The position numbers and the translations under genes were made by a program. Shown piece by piece: positions 1 through 7,014 of a stretch of DNA of 40,549 bases (the first letter of the stretch is position 1; each line of letters starts with the position of its first letter). The stretch lies in the IMG/VR virus record IMGVR_UViG_3300034130_000054, positions 1 to 40,549 of that record, one strand, 5' to 3'. This DNA comes from a virus (lineage: Duplodnaviria > Caudoviricetes). A model generated the notes under the pieces. The model did no database searches. It saw only the letters and a list, made by a program, of their open reading frames with translations, and was not told the origin of the DNA.

Positions 1-138
1 GGGTGTGCCACTGGGGGGGGGGGGGTGGGCAAGCTGTCCGACAGATATCGACAGACCAGGACAGCCCATGACGGTAAACGATCGCCCCAGCGCACCCAGC
101 GCGCCACGTCTATTGACACCATCCCGCGTCCAGCCCAT
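1..138. repeat. Terminal direct repeat or assembly overlap, left copy
   Basis: Matches 40412-40549. Exact over 13-138, with T/A differences at positions 4 and 12 next to a 13-G run. Confidence 0.95.
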
Positions 139-141
139 ATC
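113..141 (+). promoter_or_regulatory. Putative sigma70 promoter
   Basis: TTGACA, 17-nt spacer, CATATC (a -10 lacking the -7 T, common in alphaproteobacteria), upstream of GGAG and the ATG at 184. Confidence 0.5.
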
Positions 142-183
142 AACCCCGCCGCCCATCGCGGCGACCTCTCTGGAGTTACGCCA

Positions 184-831
184 ATGCCCACTCGCTCACA
201 CCACCGCCGCTTGAACTGGAAAGACACCAAGACGGATATGCTCTGGTATATGCGAGGACTCGCGGCTCTACCCAGTCGCCTTGACACCTTTGACAGTAAC
301 CACGGTACGAAGGCGGAGGTGTTCGCGTTTCGCCAGCGCCTTTATGCTTGGCGCCGGCTCGTCTTAGAAGATCTTGCCGATCCAGCTAACATGGCAGTCC
401 AACAGCCCGCTGTCGAATGGCTGAGACAAGCGATTAGTCCTCGCGTGACGAAAGAATGGCTGGACTTAGTTATTCTTCAGATAGTGCCCTTTGAGGATGG
501 AAGTTTCATCGTTAGGGGGAGGCTTGCGCGGCCGATGTGCGGGCCAGATATTGTATTTGAGGATGATCCAGGACGGCTCGCCGACCTCGACCTAATGCGG
601 CAGGTGGTCGCGCGGGCGCAGCAGGATAAAGCCACGCCATGGGGCGCCGGCCACGTCGGCTCGGCCGCCGCCACCGGCTGCTTGCCGGGCGGCGGCGGAC
701 CATGGGCGACCTTAGCCCAAGAGTTGGCCGTGCCCGAAGCCGCTCTCGCCCGGCGCGCGACTGAACTTGAGGCGGATGGCATTCCGCCGGCGGCCCTAGC
801 GGCCGCCTTGCGGGCGGAGTTGGCGGCATGA
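184..831 (+). CDS. Hypothetical early protein
   Basis: Part of ORF 25..831. ATG 184 has GGAG at 172-175. The stop overlaps the next start (ATGA). Confidence 0.65.
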   Translation: MPTRSHHRRLNWKDTKTDMLWYMRGLAALPSRLDTFDSNHGTKAEVFAFRQRLYAWRRLVLEDLADPANMAVQQPAVEWLRQAISPRVTKEWLDLVILQIVPFEDGSFIVRGRLARPMCGPDIVFEDDPGRLADLDLMRQVVARAQQDKATPWGAGHVGSAAATGCLPGGGGPWATLAQELAVPEAALARRATELEADGIPPAALAAALRAELAA

Positions 832-1400
832 CCACGGTATGCGTCGAGCCGGTAATCGGTTTCCGGTCGCGCAAGGCGGCACAGTTGTGTGCGTGGTTCG
901 CTACGCATGCTGACGGATGCATTGAAAAGTTGAAGCTGATCGAGCTTGTCTATCTTTCAGAGCGGACGCACCTGTCCACTTACGAAGATTCAATGCTGCG
1001 TGATGAGCTATACTCATTGCCTCACGGACCGATTTGTTCGAGCACCCTAGACGGGATAAATGGGGTAATTCATAAAGAAATTTGGGATGACTTTATTGCG
1101 AGGAACGGCAATATAGTCGTGTCTATGAAAAAATTTAGCCGATCTGAATTGGATGACTTGAGCGATATCGAAATTGACATCGCTGAAGAAATCTGGTCAC
1201 GCTTTCGCAATATGACAGCTTCTCAGATTAGGAACTATACTCATAAGAACTGCCCGGAATATACCGAGATAGAGTCAGGTCGTTTGCTAATTTCATATCG
1301 AGACGTTCTCAAAGCTGTCGGAAGTGACAATGCAGACATAGTGGAGCAGGATATAACGACTATGCGAAAAGAAGAAAAAGTGTTAACGCAGTCTATGTAA
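828..1400 (+). CDS. Panacea/DUF4065 (SocA/GepA-like) antitoxin domain protein
   Basis: Motifs KAAQ...[21 protein letters not shown] and [14 protein letters not shown]. Visibly more AT-rich than its neighbours. Confidence 0.85.
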   Translation: MTTVCVEPVIGFRSRKAAQLCAWFATHADGCIEKLKLIELVYLSERTHLSTYEDSMLRDELYSLPHGPICSSTLDGINGVIHKEIWDDFIARNGNIVVSMKKFSRSELDDLSDIEIDIAEEIWSRFRNMTASQIRNYTHKNCPEYTEIESGRLLISYRDVLKAVGSDNADIVEQDITTMRKEEKVLTQSM

Positions 1401-1409
1401 TTTCAGATT

Positions 1410-1448
1410 ATGCTTGGGAAAACTTTCCTGATTCCAAATACAGGACCC
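1410..1448 (+). pseudogene. Possible N-terminal stub of the Panacea partner (toxin) gene
   Basis: [13 protein letters not shown] starts 9 nt after the antitoxin stop, then runs into transposase-derived sequence. The resemblance is from memory only. Confidence 0.3.
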
Positions 1449-1591
1449 TTCGCTGCACGCCCGCAATGGCGGCTGGCATTTCTGAGAGGCTGTGGAGCAT
1501 GGACGACATCGTCGCGCTGATCGACACTCGCGAGCAAGCGCCGAACCGTCCGACTGTCTATAAAATGGGAATTTCAAACTGAGACACTACC
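1442..1591 (+). mobile_element. IS1-family remnant: transposase C-terminus plus terminal inverted repeat
   Basis: The frame from 1442 reads [28 protein letters not shown]...ISN*, a typical IS1-family C-terminus. It ends in ATTTCAAACTGAGACACTACC (reverse complement GGTAGTGTCTCAGTTTGAAAT). Confidence 0.8.
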
Positions 1592-1706
1592 TATGCGTCG
1601 GGCGCATGGCTGGCACGGCTTATAGCAATGGTGTATTCTGGGGAATGTGCGATGGTGTCCCTGCCAGCCCGAGACGGGCAGGAAACAATTCCTAATGGAG
1701 CCCCCC

Positions 1707-1985
1707 ATGACAATCCTCGCTAACTTTTCCAACCCCCTTAGCCTCAGCCCTCGGGCAGAAGCCCGCAGCCTGAGTTGTCTTTGCTACGCCCAGGGATTTA
1801 GCCTCTGGCTTTACCGCGCGGATCGCCTAAAAGATGTAATGCAGCCAGGCTTTTTCGATACTTTCGCGCGAGATCTGGTATCGAAGCGAGACATGATCCT
1901 CATAAGCGCGTCTGACGGCTGTAGCATACTCCAGATCAGCGCCGCTTCCTCAACCAGCGTCATCGTAAAGCCGATCACGCTATGA
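1707..1985 (+). CDS. Conserved hypothetical protein of Rhodospirillales type
   Basis: LSCLCYAQGFSLWLYR...GFF...DMILISASDG resembles the LSVLAYANGFTLWHY family as I recall it. GGAG RBS at 1697. Confidence 0.7.
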   Translation: MTILANFSNPLSLSPRAEARSLSCLCYAQGFSLWLYRADRLKDVMQPGFFDTFARDLVSKRDMILISASDGCSILQISAASSTSVIVKPITL

Positions 1986-2440
1986 GCCAGAAACTCAAAG
2001 GCCGGCCGCAGACCGACCAACCAGCGGCCGCAGACCGAGCCGCAAACCGAGCGGCCGCAGGCACGGGCATAATGATCGGCGCGGGCATAATGATCGCCCT
2101 CGCAGCCGACAACCACACTCTTATTTGCCTAACTCCCCACGGCCTTGAGGTGCGTCTACCCTCCGAGCCAGCTGCCCTTGAAGCACAGCTTCGCCAGATG
2201 CTTCTCGCCCTCCGCCGGCCGAAACAAACAATTCCACAGGATTTTTCTATCGTCCTCAGCGAATGGCGACGGCTGGACGAGCTAGGGCCCTCCCGTCACG
2301 GCGCCGGTAAAATTCCCCGCCCTGGCACGGCCACGGCCGCCCAACGGCCCGCGATCGCCCAACGGTCCGCGGTCATTCGTACTCCCTCGGGGACGCGGGA
2401 AAAAAACTTCATACCTCTCGAGCAACTCCCGGACCTTTGA
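1982..2440 (+). CDS. Hypothetical protein
   Basis: ATGA-coupled to the upstream gene. Contains several short in-frame duplications. Confidence 0.65.
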   Translation: MSQKLKGRPQTDQPAAADRAANRAAAGTGIMIGAGIMIALAADNHTLICLTPHGLEVRLPSEPAALEAQLRQMLLALRRPKQTIPQDFSIVLSEWRRLDELGPSRHGAGKIPRPGTATAAQRPAIAQRSAVIRTPSGTREKNFIPLEQLPDL

Positions 2441-2492
2441 CTCCCCCTCCCAAAACCTTGCCGGCCTTTGCCGGCGAACAGGAGCTCCCAAA

Positions 2493-2879
2493 ATGACCAT
2501 TCACCCGTTCAACCCAATCCCCTCGGCCAAGCCGCCGCGTAGCGACGAAGCGCCCACTGGCAATATCTTTACTCCCTTCAATAACGAAACCGTGGGAGAA
2601 ACTCCCTTTGGATTAACGTGCCAGAAGATGAGTCCTCTTATCAACGGGCTATTCTACCAGCTGGCAATAGCTGCTGACGAGACCCCCTTCAAAAGTGGCA
2701 TACCGGCACTCTTGTATGCTTATAGCTTCATCGTTTATTGTGCAACATACTGTATTGCAAGCGATTTTACCGAGAAGCAAAAAGACGCATTGGAAAAAGA
2801 AATATCCCTGTGTGCGACCGCCTCTATCAAGAATGCCCTTGCGGCCGCCTCAAGCGATAGGTCAAGCGAGACGCCATAG
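2493..2879 (+). CDS. Hypothetical protein, probable paralogue of the next gene
   Basis: AGGAG RBS. C-terminal AAASSDR is shared with 2966..3307. Confidence 0.7.
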   Translation: MTIHPFNPIPSAKPPRSDEAPTGNIFTPFNNETVGETPFGLTCQKMSPLINGLFYQLAIAADETPFKSGIPALLYAYSFIVYCATYCIASDFTEKQKDALEKEISLCATASIKNALAAASSDRSSETP

Positions 2880-2886
2880 ACCATCG

Positions 2887-2919
2887 CCACCCTGTACCCG
2901 TGCTGAGGGTACAGGGTGG
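2887..2919. other. Perfect 13-bp stem-loop
   Basis: CCACCCTGTACCC, 7-nt loop, GGGTACAGGGTGG. No U-tract. Overlaps the start of dispersed motif copy 1. Confidence 0.8.
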
Positions 2920-2946
2920 AATGTCGCCCGGTAAACAATCAACCAT
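2915..2946 (+). promoter_or_regulatory. Dispersed intergenic motif, copy 1
   Basis: GGTGGAATGTCGCCCGGTAAACAATCAACCAT. Confidence 0.75.
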
Positions 2947-2965
2947 CCCAAAGGCAATCCCCATC

Positions 2966-3307
2966 ATGCCCCTCGACCCTATCCTCTCGACAAACGTTCC
3001 TGAAGATGACAACTTGAACTTCTTTGCCCCCTTTGAACGAAAGTGCCAAGAGATTATTCCTCTCCTCAAGTCGCAATTTTTTGAGCTGGTGCAAGCTGCC
3101 CACGAAACTAACTTTGCAAATGACTCGCTAGAAATCCCGCTCGCTTTCAGCGCCATTGTTGATTGCATAGCGGGCTATATCGCAAGCATGGTTCCCAAGG
3201 GCCAGGAAGGGATAGCAATGAAAGGACTAACCCAGCTCGCGAACACCACCATTAGGGACGTCTTTGCGGCCGCCTCAAGCGATAGGCCAGATGATGAGGC
3301 CGAGTGA
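2966..3307 (+). CDS. Hypothetical protein, probable paralogue of the previous gene
   Basis: Part of ORF 2900..3307. Similar length and layout to 2493..2879, with 23 identical bp near the 3' end. Confidence 0.7.
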   Translation: MPLDPILSTNVPEDDNLNFFAPFERKCQEIIPLLKSQFFELVQAAHETNFANDSLEIPLAFSAIVDCIAGYIASMVPKGQEGIAMKGLTQLANTTIRDVFAAASSDRPDDEAE

Positions 3308-3519
3308 TGCGCCGTAGCACAATCCACTATATTCCCGTCGGCCGGATCGACCTACCAACCGACCTTGCGCGGGAGGTTAACGACCTCCTTCGCGACCCTC
3401 TCACCGGCCGCAAACGCTACGGCGACTTCCGCACGTTATGCGTGCAACTTTTCTCAAATTGGGTAGAGGAACAGCGTTCTCCCCGCGCGGGCGGGGATGG
3501 ACCTCTGCCTCCTCTATGA
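3304..3519 (+). CDS. Small hypothetical protein, possibly DNA-binding
   Basis: 71 aa, coupled to the upstream stop. Strand-helix-helix-like pattern (RIDLPTDLAREV...). Confidence 0.6.
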   Translation: MMRRSTIHYIPVGRIDLPTDLAREVNDLLRDPLTGRKRYGDFRTLCVQLFSNWVEEQRSPRAGGDGPLPPL

Positions 3520-3534
3520 AGGAACCTTAACAAG

Positions 3535-3759
3535 ATGTCTACAAAACCAATTCCTTGTGATCAACTCGTGCTCGCGGCTCATCTGAACGATCTTCGCAGT
3601 CGCGTGGCGGCGGGGGAGGATGTTCCACCCGAGGAATATGCCGAAATTATCGCTTCCATCCGCCAAACCCGCCTGTCGGCTGCCTCGGCCGCTGCCCATC
3701 CCGCGAAGAAGCGCGGCTTGAGCGTGGCTATCGACCCAGACTCTCTCGCCGATCTTTAA
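3535..3759 (+). CDS. Hypothetical protein
   Basis: 74 aa, AAGGA upstream, operon context. Confidence 0.7.
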   Translation: MSTKPIPCDQLVLAAHLNDLRSRVAAGEDVPPEEYAEIIASIRQTRLSAASAAAHPAKKRGLSVAIDPDSLADL

Positions 3760-3796
3760 AGCCGCCAAGCCGCCAAGCCGCCAAGGGGCCAAGAAG

Positions 3797-3865
3797 ATGC
3801 GCGACTTCTTCCTTCTTCTTTTCGTCTTCATCCTCATCAAGGTCCTCGACCGAACCCCCCTCTAA
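3797..3865 (+). CDS. Putative 22-aa hydrophobic peptide
   Basis: MRDFFLLLFVFILIKVLDRTPL* after AAGGGG. Fills the intergenic gap and is below the ORF-track cutoff. Confidence 0.45.
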   Translation: MRDFFLLLFVFILIKVLDRTPL

Positions 3866-3885
3866 AGCCCTAAAGGAAACCCTCC

Positions 3886-4779
3886 ATGACTCAACTATTC
3901 CCCAGCACTATCGACTCGTCGATGCGTTCTGAGTTTGTTGCCTGCCCCCATTCCTTCTACCAACGATTTATCCTCGACCGCGTTCGCGCTGGCCGCTCAG
4001 TCCACCTCCATTTTGGCGGAGCCTACGCCGCGGGCCTTAAAACCCTTCGCGATCGCTACTATTCCCAAGATAGTGGTGATCAAGAGGCCGCGCTCGCGGC
4101 CGGCGCCGCCGCAATCGTTAAGTTTTGGGGCGCTTTCGAGTCCCCGCGCGACTCCACCAAGACCCTCGACAGGTGCATTGGCGCTCTTGAAGCCTACGTT
4201 GCCCATTATCCCCTCGAGACCGACCACATTAAGCCTGCCCGCGCGCGTGATGGCACGCTTATGACCGAGTTCTCATTCGCCCTTCCCCTTCCAATCCTCC
4301 ACCCTCTTACCGAACAACCCCTCCTCTACAGCGGCCGCTGTGATATGCTCGCCTCGATGGGAGGCCCCCTCTATCTCGAGGACGACAAAACAACCAGCCA
4401 ACTTGGCCCGAGTTGGGCAACGAATTGGCACCTTCGCGCGCAGTTCACAGGCTATACCTGGGGCGCGCGAGCCTTTGACTATGACGTGCAAGGCGTCGTC
4501 ATTCGTGGCATTAGCATCCTTAGAGCCTCCTATGGCCACGCCGAGGTGATCGAGCAGCGCCCGGAATGGATGATTGATAGGTGGTATAATCAGCTCCTCT
4601 GGGACGTAACCCGAATGATCCAAAGCTGGCGAAACAACGAGTGGGGCCAAAATTTCGACAGTGCTTGCGCCGCTTATGGGGGCTGCCCCTATCTTGACCT
4701 CTGTGCCGCGCGTGAGCCCGAAAAGTGGCTGGCGGACTACGAGACTCGCCCCTACGATCCCCTCGGCAAGCAAAGCTAG
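3886..4779 (+). CDS. Cas4/RecB-like PD-(D/E)xK exonuclease
   Basis: N-terminal ACP, SGRCD...EDDKTT, QFTGY, and C-terminal C-x5-CPY-x3-C (Fe-S staple pattern). Confidence 0.85.
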   Translation: MTQLFPSTIDSSMRSEFVACPHSFYQRFILDRVRAGRSVHLHFGGAYAAGLKTLRDRYYSQDSGDQEAALAAGAAAIVKFWGAFESPRDSTKTLDRCIGALEAYVAHYPLETDHIKPARARDGTLMTEFSFALPLPILHPLTEQPLLYSGRCDMLASMGGPLYLEDDKTTSQLGPSWATNWHLRAQFTGYTWGARAFDYDVQGVVIRGISILRASYGHAEVIEQRPEWMIDRWYNQLLWDVTRMIQSWRNNEWGQNFDSACAAYGGCPYLDLCAAREPEKWLADYETRPYDPLGKQS

Positions 4780-4789
4780 GAGTCCCCTC

Positions 4790-5026
4790 ATGGAAAGCAA
4801 AGATATTGTCTTCGGCGCGGAGGTAATAACTCCCGCCGGAAGCCTTGGCCTCATCTGTGGGGTTGATCCTCGTGGTGTATTCGTCTCCCTTGCAGCCGAC
4901 AAGCGTGGTTATGAGTTTGTAACCTACTACCCCCCAGAGCAGCTCAAGCTAGCTCGCAATCCTACCGCCCAAACGAGCGGAACCGCCCAAACGAGCGGAA
5001 GGGCCCCTCTAGGCAAACAAGGTTAA
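4790..5026 (+). CDS. Small SH3/KOW-like hypothetical protein
   Basis: AGGAG RBS. FGAEV...ICGVD...PEQL. Confidence 0.6.
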   Translation: MESKDIVFGAEVITPAGSLGLICGVDPRGVFVSLAADKRGYEFVTYYPPEQLKLARNPTAQTSGTAQTSGRAPLGKQG

Positions 5027-5031
5027 ACAAG

Positions 5032-5232
5032 ATGCGAACCTTCCATGTTGGCGAACGTATTATCCTCCTTCAGGGGCCCTATTGTGGGGAGGAAGTTACT
5101 ATCTGTGGCGTTGATCACGCGGGCATTCGAGTCGCACGGCCTACAACCGAGGGAGTTATTGTAACTCTCTATTTCCCTATCATGCTTGAACAACTGGAAC
5201 AACTAGAACAAAAGGAAATCCCCCCAAGGTGA
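5032..5232 (+). CDS. Small KOW-like hypothetical protein
   Basis: FHVGERIILLQGPYCG (KOW-like). ICGVD is shared with the upstream gene. Confidence 0.6.
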   Translation: MRTFHVGERIILLQGPYCGEEVTICGVDHAGIRVARPTTEGVIVTLYFPIMLEQLEQLEQKEIPPR

Positions 5233-6053
5233 CCAAAGTCAATACCCTCCTAATCGGCCCCGTTGGATCGGGCAAGACTACATCCCTCATGACCTCCGTC
5301 GCGGCCGGTTACCGCACGTTCGTTATCGCGACAGAGCCAGGTATCGACCATATCCTCATCCATGGGGATAAGTGCCACTGGCACTATACTCCCCCCGCCC
5401 ATGTCGAGTGGGATATCCTCGAAAAGAATGCCAATTCCCTCAACACTCTCGAGAAGGGCGTCCTTGAGAAGATGCCCGGCCTCAATCGCACAGCCTACCG
5501 CCAATTCATCGACGTGCTTCAAACCTGTGCCAACTTCAAGTGCGACGTGTGTGGTCAATCCTTCGGCGCGATTGACCACCTCCCCGCCGACGCCCATGTT
5601 GCTCTCGATGGCATGAGCGGGCTAGCGGTCATGGCGATGGATCTTGTCGCGGGCGGGAAGCCTATTAAGTCCCTCCCCGATTGGGGCGCAGCCATGGACA
5701 ACCTCGAGCGTTTCGTCACCAAACTTTGCGCGGACACAAAGTGCAACTTCACCATGATGGCGCATATTGATCGGGAGTTCGACGAAATTACCGGCGGAAC
5801 GAAGGTCATGGTTTCAACCCTCGGCCGCAAGCTCGCCCCCCGCATCCCGCGCTTCTTCGATGAGGTTGTTTATTGCCGGAAGGTTGGCGGGCGCTTCTTT
5901 TGGTCAACGGTCGAGGGCAATACCGATTTGAAGGCAAGGTGCCTTCCCTTCTCGGATGAAATTCCCCCCGATTTTGGCGAGCTTTTCGCGGCCGCCGGTT
6001 TGTATGAAGTTGAGATGACCAACGCGAATCTAGCAGGCTCGGAGGCCCCCTAA
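5229..6053 (+). CDS. P-loop ATPase, Sak4/AAA_24-like recombination protein
   Basis: Walker A GPVGSGKT, Walker B VALDG, MMAH, FFDEV. Lies between the exonuclease and SSB-like genes. Confidence 0.85.
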   Translation: MTKVNTLLIGPVGSGKTTSLMTSVAAGYRTFVIATEPGIDHILIHGDKCHWHYTPPAHVEWDILEKNANSLNTLEKGVLEKMPGLNRTAYRQFIDVLQTCANFKCDVCGQSFGAIDHLPADAHVALDGMSGLAVMAMDLVAGGKPIKSLPDWGAAMDNLERFVTKLCADTKCNFTMMAHIDREFDEITGGTKVMVSTLGRKLAPRIPRFFDEVVYCRKVGGRFFWSTVEGNTDLKARCLPFSDEIPPDFGELFAAAGLYEVEMTNANLAGSEAP

Positions 6054-6054
6054 G

Positions 6055-6249
6055 ATGCCCACAACCCAAATCGAGATCTTCGTTAAGGGAGCCGCAGGCT
6101 CCCCGCGCGAGGGTAGCGCCCGTTCGTTTTCCTTCACGACTGAGATGAATCGAAAGGACCTAATCAATGCCCTCCTCGTGATGAGTACCCTTCTTCACCA
6201 TTTCCACCCAGCCGCCCTTAAAGAGCAGCCAACCGACCTGAAAGGCTAA
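6055..6249 (+). CDS. Hypothetical protein
   Basis: 64 aa, fills the gap between two operon genes almost exactly. Confidence 0.5.
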   Translation: MPTTQIEIFVKGAAGSPREGSARSFSFTTEMNRKDLINALLVMSTLLHHFHPAALKEQPTDLKG

Positions 6250-6255
6250 TCAACC

Positions 6256-6792
6256 ATGCCTAAGTTCAATCCCACCGCCGATTCCTTCCCCCAAGGCCCC
6301 GCGACCGCTGGAACTGCCGGGCAAGGCGACTCCGTCTTCAATCCCGAGCAGTTTATCAGCACGGCCGTCGATAGTGCCGGTAGTACTCAATATTTCCCCT
6401 CGCCAATTGGTGATTGGCCCGGCCAAATCACTCGGATTGACGGCCGACGGATTACTTCCAAGCAAGAAAAGACACTCGGGCAGGAATATACCCTCCTCGA
6501 GGTGACCTGGGAACTTCTTTCGGAGGAGGTTCGGAAGGCTACTGACCTCGCCCACCCATCCGCGCGTCAGTCTCTTTTCCTCGATCTGACGTCGAGTGGC
6601 AGCCTTGACTTCGGGCGGAACAAGAACGTCCCGCTTTCCCGCTTGCGTGAGGCAGTCGGCCAGAATAAGAGTGGGCGGCCGTGGGCACCGTCTCACCTTA
6701 TGGGACAGACAGCCCTCGTCCACGTCGAGCATGACGTGAACAAGGATACAGGCGAGCCTCGCGCGATCATAACGCGTGTGGCAAAGAGCTAA
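6256..6792 (+). CDS. Putative ssDNA-binding protein (DUF669-like OB fold)
   Basis: PIGDWPGQI...LSRLREAVGQN...LMGQTALVHVEH. Fits the exonuclease-Sak4-SSB synteny. Confidence 0.65.
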   Translation: MPKFNPTADSFPQGPATAGTAGQGDSVFNPEQFISTAVDSAGSTQYFPSPIGDWPGQITRIDGRRITSKQEKTLGQEYTLLEVTWELLSEEVRKATDLAHPSARQSLFLDLTSSGSLDFGRNKNVPLSRLREAVGQNKSGRPWAPSHLMGQTALVHVEHDVNKDTGEPRAIITRVAKS

Positions 6793-6806
6793 CCCCTAGC
6801 GAGAGG

Positions 6807-6841
6807 GAGGACGGTTGAAAGACCGTCCTCATTTCGTTCTT
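6807..6841 (+). terminator. Putative intrinsic terminator
   Basis: GAGGACGGT-TGAAAG-ACCGTCCTC stem followed by ATTTCGTTCTT, just after the SSB-like stop. Confidence 0.6.
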
Positions 6842-7014
6842 GTTAATCTCCATCCAGCATATTCCTTCGCGCCCCCGAGAACACTCAGGGAAACATCGAG
6901 CCAATCATCTCCCTTCTTTGTGGATAGTTTTCCTCAATGGTCGAAGGATAGACTCTTTTCTGCACTTTCAGCCAGCCCTTCGCTGCGTAAAGCAAATAAA
7001 GAAGGATCTTTGTA

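Noticed and set aside
1-138. Terminal repeat as the biological DTR, with meaningful mismatches
   Set aside because: The 126-bp exact part is close to a common assembler k-mer overlap, and the break sits at a G13 run. The two mismatches are at the contig edge. It cannot be called a physical end without reads.
851-870. GGTAAT as the left IS1 inverted repeat
   Set aside because: It is offset 4 bp from the 9-bp repeat, matches the right end only over the first few bases, and lies in Panacea coding sequence.
1611-1626. Sigma54 promoter (TGGCACG...GC)
   Set aside because: GG-to-GC spacing is 11 nt rather than 10, and TTGC is absent.
3886-4779. Cas4-like gene as evidence of CRISPR-Cas
   Set aside because: No array or other cas genes. 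The exonuclease-Sak4-SSB context indicates recombination.
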